Source: Dipteris shenzhenensis
Taxonomy: Eukaryota
Direction: 5' to 3' (one strand)
NCBI GenBank assembly: GCA_047967505.1
Contig: CM106538.1
DNA length: 64,000 nucleotides
Part shown: in pieces, positions 37,600-50,269 of the stretch
How the letters are laid out: every line of letters begins with the position of its first letter
Numbering within the stretch: position 1 is the first letter of the stretch
The notes under the pieces: model-generated
Told to the model about the DNA's origin: nothing
Database searches by the model: none
What the model saw: only the letters and a program-made list of their open reading frames with translations
Position numbers and translations under genes: made by a program

Positions 37600-39720
37600 T
37601 GCATGAGGCATGGCCACTATAGTCCCAATACTTGTATGAAATCTTGTCCTATAAATAGGTCTATACATGCAGTTTTTTGTAAAATGTCTTATTTGCATGC
37701 ACTAGGACATGTTTGGGTCTACAACATCGGTATTTCATACCCATGTTGGGCATTGATGGTCAAAACAAGACCAAATTTGTTAAACCTATAAATAATGATG
37801 ATATAAAGATTCATGCTAGGTGTTATTGCATTTGGAGTATGAGGCCTGTGTCAAGGTGTGTATCCATTTTTTACCACACCTTGAGTTGATAAATTTTCAA
37901 TAGGATAATTTTGAATCCATGTCTCTATGTCTCATAATGGGACCAGACTTTAGTATGGCTTCCATGTCTCTATGTCTCATAATGGGACCAGACTTTAGTA
38001 TGGCTCTAGGTCACTATGGTCCCAAGCACTGTACCAAACCATATCCCATAAATAGGTGTATACATGCACTTTAAAACAAAAACCCTAGTTGCATGCAATA
38101 GGATATGTGTGGGTCTATGACATTGGTTTTTCATGCCCATGATGGGAATTGATGGTCGAAACAAAACTAAATTTGTTAGGCCTCTAAATCATGATGGCAT
38201 AAAGAGTCATGATAGGTGTTATTGCATTTGGAGTAGAATTGAGGCCTTGTTTTAGGGTGCATATGCCTTTGTTTACCTCACCTTTAGCTGATAAGGTTTT
38301 GATAGGGTAAGTTTAAAACCATGTCTCTATGTCTTGTAATGGGATAAGACTTGGTATGCCTGTATCTCAATATGGGCCCATCAATCCTACCAAATATTGT
38401 CCCATAAATAGCTCTATATACACACCATTTTGGAAAAGCCCTAGTTGCACTAGGACATGTGTGTTCAATGTTGGTTTTTCATCTCCATGTTGGGAATAAA
38501 TGGTGGAAACAAGACCAAAATTGGTAGGCCTGTAAATATGATGGCATAAAGATCTCATAAAGATTCTTTCTAGTTGTTATTTCATTTAAAGTAGCATGAG
38601 GCCTTGTTTTAGGGTTTGTATCCCTTTTTACTGCTCCTTTTTTATAGACAAGGTCAAATCCATGGCTCTATGTCTCGTGATGGGACAAGACTTGATAATC
38701 CTCTAGTTCACTATGAGCCCAAGCATTATACCAAATTCTTGTCCCATAAATATTTCTATACATGAATTTTGAAAAACCTAATTGCATTCACTAGGACATG
38801 TCTAGGTCTGCGACATGGATTCTTCATATGCATGCTAGGTATCGATGGTTAAAAACAAGACTAAAATTGGTAGGCCTCTAAATAATGATGGCATAAAGAT
38901 TCATGCCAAGTGTTATTGCATTTGGAAGAGCATGAGGTCTATTTCAAGGTACATAGCCCTTTTTTCACCGTACCTTGAGATGATGCATTTTTGATATGGT
39001 AAGGTCAAATCCATGGCTCTATGTCTTGTAATGGTACAATATTTGTTATTCCTCTAGGTGACTATAGGCTCAAGCACCATACTAAATCTTGTCCCATAAA
39101 TAGCTTCATATATGCACTTTTTATTGAAAAACATGTGTGGGTCTGTGACATTAGTTTTCCATACCCATGTTGGGCCTCAATTGTTGAAACAAGACCACCA
39201 TTGGTCGTTCTCTAAATAACAAATCATGCTAGGTATTATTGCATTTGGAGCAGCATGAGTCCTTGTTTAGGATGCATAGCCCTTGTTATTTTATTGTAGG
39301 ATAAGTTGATATTATTTTTATAAGGTAAGGTAAATTCCAAGGCTCTATATCTCATAATGAGATAAGACTTGGTATGACTCTAGAGCACTATGGTCCCAAG
39401 AACTGTATCAAATCTTGTCTTTTAAATAGATCCATACATGTACTTTTGTTTGAAAATCCCTAGTTGCATGTACTAGAGCATTTGTGGTTCTACAACATTA
39501 GTTTTTCATAGCCATATTGCTAGTATTACATTTGGAGTAGTTTAAGGCCATTTTTAGGGTTCATATCCCCTTTTATACCCCACCTTGAGTTGGGAAAATT
39601 TTTGAAAGGGTAAGTTCAAATCCATGGCTCCATGTCTCATAATTGGACAACTGCCTCTAGGTCACTATGGTCCCAAGCTTGCTTTGTACCAAATATTATC
39701 CCATAAATAGGTCTATAAAT
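37600..39720. repeat. Degenerate tandem array, ~350-bp unit, about 6 copies
   Basis: The marker CACTATGGTCCCAAG...CCCATAAATAG recurs near 37615, 38012, 38369, 38709, 39060, 39386 and 39663. GTGTTATTGCATTTGGAGTAG recurs in step. Confidence 0.9.
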
Positions 39721-41043
39721 TTATTTTTATGGAATGATGTGACCACCCAAACATTCTTGGTTCCAAATTCAATAGGTTATAGAGCTAGTAGTACTTGGGG
39801 GCAAGCCCCCTCAAAGTTCTAGCTACTACTATTACAATCCCTAGGCACCTCCCTTGCATGCACCTCGCTTGCACTCACTCAAAGCTCTACCTACTACTAT
39901 TGCACTCCCTAGGCCCCCTCAAAGTTCTACCTACTACTATTACAATCCCTAGGCCCCTCCCTTGCACAATCTTGAGGTGGGAGAGATTGACTATAGGTTA
40001 CAAAACCTTAGCATTGGAAATAGGGACCACCTTTTGTACATGCGTGCACCAACCACCAGCTCACATGATCCCCTTCAACTAGCTATTGATTGAGGTCAAC
40101 TCGTACAATCATAAGAACAATGAGTATGATTTGGCAGTCAAGGTCAAAGGAGGGTCAAAGCCAAGTAGGAGTAGGAGCAATATAAGGCCAAGAGTTGGGT
40201 TGTCATGGGAGAAGACTATAGCTCTACCATGCCAACCACCAAGACTATAACCTCCTACTTCACTTGCTTCAAATGATATGTGAAGAAACTCATTGTTGTC
40301 ATGGGAGAAGACTATACCTCTACCACGCCAACCACCAAGACTATAACCTCCTACTTCACTTGCTTCAAATGATATGTGAAGAAACTCATTGTTGTCACCA
40401 TGATGAGGCTACTTCCATATGGCTCACTCTCTTGGAGGTTCTTAAGGGAGCGATTGCTAAATGGATGAAGGGTAATATTTCCCATAAACACTACAAGGAT
40501 ATGTTTTCAACCTTGGCATCATCATCTAATCTGAGGTGGTGTATGTCAGATAACAATGGAAGGAAGAGTGGTGACTCTACCCTGACAAAGTCTTGGTTGG
40601 CATTAATGCCTTAAATTTGTGGCCATACAAGGTCACCTCAGATGGATCAAATCCCATCACACCCTATATATTGTATGATCCTGACAAGACACTAGGGGGT
40701 ATACCCTATTCCACTCCACTGACATTTCACACCCATGATCCCTTTCAAACAATGCATTGCAAGATAAATGCCAATGAAGCTTAGTAATGTGCCAACATCC
40801 ACCCCTTGGGTGGCCCTCAAGACCCTAGTTTCAAAGCATAACTTGTACATGTTAATTCTTAAACTCAATCTCCTTTTGTTTAACTGCTGCAAGGACTCAA
40901 TCAAAGCTAGGTCTAGGTGGCATGTAAAGCCTTGAAGGCCATAAGCACCAAGGAATAGTTGAGTAGCTGGGTGGGTGTGGAGAAGATCATAGAGTGGAGA
41001 CATCAAAGTGTTAGGTGGGTTTGTGTTGTCTCTGTGTCAAAAA

Positions 41044-42359
41044 TGTTGGCTCTTTCCCACATCTTCTGTAGGAAGAGTAAGGTATTCTCAGTATGCAGGG
41101 TTTTGAGGCTTTTTGTCACATACAGATATATCGGGGTTGTCGTTTGTAGTATACTTGTAGCTTAGGACCTCGAGTTGTATTCTGGTGAGAGAAATAGGCT
41201 TAAGTGTGGTAAGCAAACACAGTGCATGCATGTGTAAAAGGAATGTGTATCATCATGGTTGAGGTAATGAAGGCTTTCGCCTTCATTGGGGGTTGCAGGT
41301 TTTAGGAGGAGTTTAAGGGTTAGAAGGGGGTTCCAAGGTTCAGAAGGAGGTTCCAAGGTTTAGAAGGAGGTTCAAGGCTTAGAAGGAGGTTCAAGGCTTA
41401 GAGGGAGATTCCAAGGTTTAGAAAGAGGTTCCAGAGTTTAGAAGAGGTTCCAGGGTTAGAAGGAGAATCCAAGGTTCAGGGTAGAACACATGGTGGAGAA
41501 CTTGTCTCCCTCGTAGATCATGGAGGTTAATGGTTGAGGAACTAAGGGTTCAGGGGGAGCATACGAGTGGGAGAGGAAGAAGGTGTAAGAGCATGGGGGA
41601 AAGAAGAGGGAGGAGGAGGAGGAGGAGGGAGGAGGAGAAGGGAGGAGGAAGGAGGAGGAGGAGGGAGGAGGAGAAGGGAGGAGGGGGAGGGAGGAGGAGA
41701 GGGAGAGGATGGATTGCAAGGTTGGAGGGGAGGGGAGGAGGAGTTACAAGGTTAGGACATGCTTTTGGACGTGGAGTGCAAGGAAGCATGGACACTTGAG
41801 ACAATTGCTTGGAATACCAAAGTAGAACTCAACACAATGCCCCAAAGAGTGTGGGCTTCATTCCATTATGGGGTATTTATACAAGTTGGAGAGCTTCTCT
41901 CTCTGCATGTAGGAATTGTAAGACATTCTCTCTTTGCATGTAGAACTTGCATATAGAAGTAGCATGTAGAAGTTGCAAGTTACATGTAGGAGTTGCATGT
42001 AGAACATGCATGTAGGAGTTGCATGTAGAACATGCATGTAGAACTCACATGTAGGAGTTGCATGTAGGAGTTGCATGTAGAACATGCATGTAGAACTCGC
42101 ATGTAGGAGTTGCATGTAGAACACGCATATAGGACTTGCATGTAGAACTCGCATGTAGGAGTTGCATGTAGAACTCGCATGTGGGAGTTGCATGTAGAAC
42201 TTGCATGTAGGAATCATATGTAGAACTTGCATGTAGAACATGCAAGTTGGATTTCTAAGAGGGATTATTTCTAGCCTTATGCAAGTACAAGCGGAGCTTT
42301 GCTGCTACTCTATACACAGATTCTATACTACCTAAGTCCATGTTGACACAGAGACAACA
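41044..42359 (-). repeat. Inverted copy of the Athila-like LTR, without the nested insertion
   Basis: Colinear reverse complement of 27702-28516 plus 30965-31421. The empty site reads GGGAGACAAGTTCTCC on minus near 41495-41510. Confidence 0.92.
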
Positions 42360-42666
42360 TACTCCCGGATTCATTTTATTACCCGTCCTCGGGTTATGGC
42401 TTATTGCGAGCACGTAGCTAGATTGCCATGCCTTTTGTCCAGTGGCTGTGAAACTTGTGTCATGCCAGTCGATCCTACTATAAAGCCTTGGCACCATATA
42501 CAGTGGTTGCCTCTACTACTGGTCCCTCTGCAGGGGGTACTCCTCCTAATGCCTCATCTTCTAGCACTCCTGCTGCTACTCTTCCAACTCAGGAACAGTC
42601 AAGATGGGATGCAAGAGATGCAAATGCACATTCACGATCTGACCCAACTGTGACTATGGCAGGCAA

Positions 42667-43654
42667 TGTTCACTGCAAAAACAGCAAATCTGGCAAAAGC
42701 CCCAAATTTAATGAGGGTAAATAGGCCAAAAAGAAGGCAAATGCAGAAAAGCCCCAAATTTTGCTGAAATTTTTGCAAATGTCTGAAATTTTTGCAAATG
42801 TGACCCAATGTATGATAATCTGACCCAATGTATAGCCTCAAGGCTTGAAAATGCAAAAATATGAGTTACTGTCCCAAACACCAATTGAAATTGAGCTCCC
42901 AACACAAAAGCCCCAAATTTTGTTGACCTAAGTGATGACGTGGCACAATGTGACAGTCCTGAACCTGAAATTAACTGAAAACTTCAATTTTTGGAAGGAT
43001 TTCAGTTGTCAACCTTGTCCAAAGTATTGTATTGATAGGTTGAAGGTCCAGATGTCAAAAGCCCTAAATTTTTTTGTTGGAAATTAGGGTTTGACAGAAA
43101 AAACTGTCAAAAACAGTAAAATACTGCAAATGTTGCTTGTGAATCAGCTTCTGGTCCTTTGAGATTAGGACTGAGGCTCAAAAGGCCTCTGTAGGTAGAG
43201 TATAACCAACCACGAAGGTGCTGCAGTAGGTTGAAGTGCAAAAGACAGCTGGAGCGTAGCTGGAACAGCCCTTAGACACCTCGAACTTAGTGCGTGGCTG
43301 GTAGTATCTCCTTTGGAGGGCTCTGAACAGGTCGCGATAGCAGAACGTCTTCAGCAGATGACTGTGGAGAGGTCACGGGAGCTAGGCGCTTGGATCTGGG
43401 TCTGGTTAACATCACGGGAGCTAGGCGTCTGGAACAACAGTACAAAGGTGACAACAGATGGTCACGGGTACTGTGGAGGACCTCGAAAATGCTGCAGCTG
43501 AAGCCTACAAGCAGTCACCTCAGTTTGGGAACAACAATGAGGCACTTTGTGGCGACGAAAAAACACTAGAAGCCTTGGACAATAGCTGGAGGAAACGTAC
43601 GGGATCTATACGTATTTGTACGGACAGTACGGAAAAGAGGTGTATGAAGCAACA
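42667..43654. mobile_element. Possible LTR or retroelement fragment abutting the satellite
   Basis: TGTT...CAACA ends and four AAAAGCCC(C/T)AAATTT repeats. It joins the satellite mid-monomer. No matching TSD. Confidence 0.3.
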
Positions 43655-46600
43655 TTAAATACTATTTTTGCTCTAGTGTCATGCACATCTGTAAAAAAAA
43701 CACGCTGCTAGGTATGTTATCCGATCAAGCACTTATGGGATGGGTGTGCCACTTTTCATGTAAGTCAATTCCACCTAGTTGAAGGCGTGTGCAAAGTATT
43801 GTGCCCATCGGATATGCTTTGCATTGTCGATCAAGCATAAAACACCGTTTTTGCCTTTGTGTCATGCACAACCATGAAAAAACACGGTCCTAACTTGAGA
43901 TGGGTGCAAAGTATTATCACCATCGGATATGCTCTACATGGTCGATTATGCATTATACAACGTTTTTCCCGTAGTGATATGCACATCTGCAAAAAAACAT
44001 GCCCTTAGGTATGTTATCTGACCAAGTACTTATAGGATCAGTGTGCCTCTTTGAGAACATTTCAATACCACCTAGGTTAAGGTGTAGGAAAAGTATTGTG
44101 CCCATCGGATATGCTTTGCATGGTTGATCGAGCATTAAATACCATTTTTTCCTTAGTGTCATGCACATCCGTTAAAAAACACGTTGCTAGGTGTGTTATC
44201 CGATCAAGTACTTATGCGATGGGAATGCCACTTTGCATGTAAGTCAATTCCACCTAGTTGAAGGTGTGTGCAAAGTATTGTGCCCATCGGATATGCTTTG
44301 CATTGTCGATCAAGCATAAAACACCGTTTTTGCCTTAGTGTCATGGACAACCATATAAAAACACAGCCGTAGGTGTGTTATTCAAACAAGTACTTATTGG
44401 ATGGGGGCTCCACTTTGCACGCAAGTCCGTTTCAACTACGTTGAGGTGCGTGCAAAGTATTGTCACCATCGGATATGCTTTGCATGGTCGATCACGCATT
44501 ATACACCATTTTTTCCCTAGTGATACGCACATCCGCAAAAAAACACGCCCTTAGCTGTGTTATCTAAGCAAGTACTTATCGGATGGGTGTGCCTCTTTGA
44601 GAACATTTCAATAACACCTAGGTTGTAGTGTAGGAAAAGTGTTGTGCCCATCGGATATCCTTTGCATGGTCGATCGAGCATTAAATACTATTTTTGCTCT
44701 AGTGTCATGCACATCCGTAAAAAAACATGCTGCTAGGTATATTATCTGATCAAGCACTTATGGGATGGGCGTGCCACTTTGGATGTAAGTCAATTCCACC
44801 TAGTTGAAGCTGTGTGCAAAGTATTGTGCCCATCCGATATGCTTTGCATTGTTGATCAAGCATAAAACACCGTTTTTGCCTTAGTGTCATGCACAACCAT
44901 GAAAAAACACAGTCCTAGGTGTGTTATTCAAACAAGTACTTATCGGATGGGGGCTCCACTTTGCACGCAAGTCCGTTTCAACTACGTTGAGGTGCGTGCA
45001 AAGTATTGTCACCATCGAATATGCTTTGCATGGTCGATCACGCATTATACACCATTTTTTCCCAGGTGATATGCACATCCGTAAAAAATCACGCCCTTAG
45101 GTGTCTTTTTTGACCAAGTACTTATCGGATACGTGTGCCTCTTTGAGAACATTCCAATACCACCTAGGTTGACATGTATAAAAAGTGTTGTGCCCATCGG
45201 ATATCCTTTGCATGATCGATCGAGCAATAAATACTATTTTTGCTCTAGTGTCATGCACATCCGTAAAAAAACACGCTGCTAGGTATGTTATTCGATCAAA
45301 AACTTATGGGATGGGAGTGCTACTTTGCATGTAAGTCAATTTCACCTAGTTGAAGGTGTGTGCAAAGTATTGTGCCCATCAGATATGCTTTTCATTGTTG
45401 ATCAAGCAAAAAACAACGTTTTTGCCTTAGTGTCATGCACAACCATGAAAAAACATGGTCCTAGGTGTGTTAATCAAACAAGTACTTATCGGATGAAGGC
45501 TCCACATTGTACGCAATTCTGTTTCAACTACATTGAGGTGCGTGCAAAGTATTGTCACCATTGGATATGATTTGCATGGTCGATCACGCATTATACACCG
45601 TTTTTTCCCTAGTGATATGCACATCCACAAAAAAACACGCCCTTAGGTGTGTTATCTGAGCAAGTACTTATCGGATGGGTGTGCCTCTTTGAGAACATTT
45701 CAATACCACCTAGGTTTCAGTGTAGGAAAGGTGTTGTGCCCATCGGATATCCTTTGCATGGTCGATCGAGCATTAAATACTATTTTTGCTCTAGTGTCAT
45801 GCACATTCATAAAAAAAACACGCTGCTAGGTATGTTATCCGATCAAGCACTTATGGGATGGGTGTGCCACTTTGCATGTAAGTCAAATCCACCTATTTAA
45901 AGGTGTGTGCAAAGTAGTGTGCCCATCGGATATGATTTGCATTGTCGATCAAGCATAAAACACTGTTTCTGCCTTAGTGTCATGCATAACCATGAAAAAA
46001 CACGGTCCTAAGTGTGTTAATCAAACAAGTACTTATCGGATGCGGGCTCCAGTTTGCACGCAAGTCTATTTCAACTAGGTTGAGATGTGTGCAAAGTATT
46101 GTCACCATCGGATATGCTCTGCATGGTCGATTACGCATTATACAACGTTTTTCCCGTAGTGATATGCACATCCGCAAAGAAACACACCCTTAGGTATGTT
46201 ATCTAACCAAGTACTTATCGGATGGGTGTGCCTCTTTGAGAACATTTCAATACCACCTAGGTTAAGGCATAGGAAAATTATTGTGCCCATCGGATATGCT
46301 TTGCATGGTCGATCGAGCATTAAATACCATTTTTTCCTTTTAAATACCATTTTTTCCTTAGTGTCATGCACATCCATAAAAAAACACGCTGCTAGGTGTG
46401 TTATCTGATCAAGTACTTATGCCATGGGAATGCCACTTTGCATGTAAGTGAATTCCACCTAGTTGAAGGTGTGTGCAAGGTATTGTTCCCATCGGATATG
46501 CTTTGCATCGTCGATCAAGCATAAAACACCGTTTTTGCCTTAGTGTCATGCAGAACCATACAAAAACACGGCCGTAGGTGTGTTATTCAAACAAGTACTT

Positions 46601-49600
46601 ATCGGATGGGGGATCCACTTTGCACGCAAGTCTATTTCAACTATGTTGAGGTGTGTGCAAAGTATTGTCACCATTGGATATGGTTTGCATGGTCGATCAC
46701 GCATTATACACTATCTTTTCCCGAGTGATATGCACATCCGCAAAAAAACATGCCCTTAGGTGTGTTATCTGACCATGTACTTATCCGATGGGTGTGCCTC
46801 TTTGAGAACATTCCGATAGCACCTAGGTTGAGGCGTACGAAAAGTGTTGTGCCCATCGGATATCCTTTGCATGATCAATCGAGCATTAAATACTATTTTT
46901 GCTCTAGTGTCATGCACATCCTTAAAAAAATGCACTACTAGGTATGTTATCCGATCAAGCACTTATGGGATGGGAGTGCCACTTTGCATGTAAGTCAATT
47001 CCACCTAGTTGAAGATGTGTGAAAAGTATTGTGCCCATCGGATATGCTTTGCATTGTCGATCAAGCATAAAACAAGGTTTTTGCCTTAGTGCCATGCACA
47101 ACCATGAAAAAACACGGTCCTAGGTGTGTTAATCAAACAAGTACTTATCGGATGGGGGCTCCACTTCGCATGCAAGTCCGTTTGAACTACGTTGAGGTGC
47201 TCGCAAAGTATTGTCACCATCGGATATGATTTGCATGGTCGATCATGCATTATACACCGTTTTTTCCCTAGTGGTATGCACATCCACAAAAAAACATGCC
47301 CTTAGGTGTGTTATCTGACCAAGTACTTATCGGATGGGTGTGCATCTTTGAGAAAATTTCAATACCGCCTATGTTGCGATGTAGGAAAATTATTGTTCCC
47401 ATCAGATATCCTTTGCATGGTCGATCGAGCATTAAATACTATTTTTGCTCTAGTGTCATGCACATCCGTAAAAAAACACGCTGCTAGGTATGTCAATCGA
47501 TCAAGCACTTATGGGATGGTTGTGCCACTTTGCATGTAAGTCAATTCCACCTAGTTGAAGGTGTGTGCAAAGTATTGTGCCCATCAGATATGCTTTGCAT
47601 TGTCGATCAAGCATAAAACACTGTTTTTGCCTTAGTGTCATGCACAACCATGAAAAAACACGGTTCTAAGTGTGTTAATCAAACAAGTACTTATCGGATG
47701 GGGGATCCAGTTTGCACACAAGTCCGTTTCAACTAGGTTGAGATGCATGCAAAGTAATTTCACCATCGAATATGCTCTGCATGGTCGATTATGCATTATA
47801 CAAAGTTTTTCCCGTAGTGATATGCACATCCGCAAAAAAACACGCCCTTAGGTATGTTATCTGACCAAGTACTTATCGGATGGGTGTGCCTCTTTGAGAA
47901 CATTTCAATACCACCTAGGTTAAGGTTTAGGAAAATTATTATGCCCATCGGATATGCTTTGCATGGTGTATCGAGCATTAAATACCATTTTTACCTTAGT
48001 GTCATGCACATCCGTAAAAAAAACACGCTGCTAGGTGTGTTATCCGATCAAGTACTTAAGCGATGGGAATGCCACTTTGCATGTAAGTCAATTCCACCTA
48101 GTTGAAGGTGTGTGCAAAGTATTGTGCCCATCGGATATGCTTTTCATTGTCGATCAAGCAGAAAACACCGTTTTTGCCTTAGTGTCATGCACAACCATAT
48201 AAAAACACGGCCGTAGGTGTGTTATTCAAACAAGTACTTATTGGATGGGGGCTCCACTTTGCACACAAGTCCATTTCAACTATGTTGAGGTGCATGCAAA
48301 GTATTGTCACCATCGGATATGCTTTGCATGGTCGATCACGCATTATACACCGTTTTTCCCTAGTGATATGCACATCTGCAAAAAAACACGCCCTTAGGTG
48401 TGTTATCTGAGCAAGTACTTATCGGATGGGTGTGCCTCTTTGAGAACATTTCAATAACACCTAGGTTGCGGTGTAGGAAAAGTATTGTGCCCATCGGATA
48501 TCCTTTGCATGGTCGATCGAGCATTAAATACTATTTTTGCTCTAGTGTCATGCACATCCGTAAAAAAACACGCTGCTAGGTATATTATCTGATCAAGCAT
48601 CTGATCAAGCACTTATGGGATGGGCGTGCCACTTTGCATGTAATTCAATTCCACCTAGTTGAAGGTTTGTGCAAAGTATTGTGCCCATCGGATATGCTTT
48701 GCATTGTTGATCAAGCATAAAACACCGTTTTTGCCTTAGTGTCAAGCACATTTGTAAAAAAACACGGTCCTATGTGTGGTATCGGATCAAGTACTTATCT
48801 AACCGACAAGCCACTTTTCATGCAACTCAATAACACCTAGGTTGAGGTGGGTGCAAAGTATTGTGCCCATCGGATGTACTTTGCATGATATATCACGTAT
48901 TAAACTCTGTTTGTGCCTCAATGTCATGCACAACCATAAAAAAACACGCTTTTAGGTGTGTTATCCGACCAACTGCTTATCAGATGGGTGTACCACTTTG
49001 CATGCAATGCAATATCACAATTGTTGAGACTCATGCAAAGTATTGTGCCCATCAGATATGCTTTGCATTGTCGAACAAGCATTAAACACTATTTTGGCCT
49101 TAGTGTCATGCACAACCATCAAAAAACAAGGTCCTAGATGTGTTATTCGACTAAGTACTTACGGGATGGGCACGCCACTTTGCATGTAAGTCAATAATAC
49201 CTAGGTTGAGATGTGTGCAAAGTATTGTGATGATCGCATATGCGTTGCATTGTCGATTAAGCATAAATCAACGTTTTTGCCTTAGTGTCATGGACAACAA
49301 CCAATAAAAAATATGGTCCTAGGTGTGATATTCTAAAAAGTGCTTGTCACATTGGGGAGCCACTTTGCAAGAAAGTAATTTTAACTAGGTTGATGTGCGT
49401 GCACAGTATTGTGTCTATCGGTTATGCTTTGCATGGGGGATCACACATTATACACCATTTTTCCCCTAGTGTTATGCACATCCATCAAAGAACACGCTCT
49501 TAATAGGTATATTATCATACCAAGTACTTATTGAATGGGCGTTCCACTTTGCATGGAATACCATACCACTGCTTTTGAGGCACATGCAAAGTATTGTGCC

Positions 49601-49975
49601 CATCGGATATGCTTTACATGGTAGATTGAGTATTAAATACCATTTTTGGCCTTGGTGTCATGTACAACCGTCAAAAAACACGATCGTAGGTGTATTTTTC
49701 AAACAAGTACTTATCAGATGGGGATGCCACTTTGCACACAAGTCAATACTACCTAGGTTGAGGAATGTGCAAAGTCTTGTGTCCATTGGATATGCTTTGC
49801 ATAGTCGATCGCACATTATACACCATTTTGTTCCTAGTGTTATGCACAATCATCATAAAATACATTTGGAGGTGTGTTATCCGAACAAGTACTTATGGGA
49901 TGGGTGCACCACTTTGTATGCAAGTCAATACGACCTAGGTTGAGGCGTGTACAAAGTTTTGTGCCCATCGGAGAA
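43655..49975. repeat. Tandem satellite-like array: ~182-bp monomers organised as ~546-bp ABC trimers
   Basis: Trimer starts (TAGTGTCATGCACATC) near 43675, 44155, 44700, 45246, 45792, 46358, 46906, 47451, 47997 and 48543. Monomers share AAGTACTTAT and CCATCGGATATGCTTTGCAT. More diverged monomers follow after ~48730. Confidence 0.96.
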
Positions 49976-50269
49976 ATGTAGATGCGATAATATTAGAAAA
50001 TTCTCGGTATGTGTATATGTATCTGTGTGTGGCAAACAATTTTGATACAACAAAGTAAACACCTAGTGCACAAATTATGCACTTCAGACCTTGAGTAAAT
50101 AAGCTTGTTGATGAGGATAAATACGCCCTTGAATAAAAGCACAGTTGTTGTATGACCACAATAGGATCGCTTTGACACCTGTGATCTTGCCCACATGTAA
50201 GTTTCCAAATAGTATAAAAAATCATATAATAATATATTAATAGTTTGCAAATGTGTATAGCAAGTGAGT

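Noticed and set aside
40200-40396. 96-bp tandem duplication giving a repeated LHLLQMICEETHCCH peptide
   Set aside because: A simple local duplication in decayed repeat DNA with no recognisable domain.
43655-49975. Repeated 60-80 aa ORFs and CRISPR-like periodicity
   Set aside because: Whole units repeat with no unique spacers and no cas genes; this is a tandem satellite.
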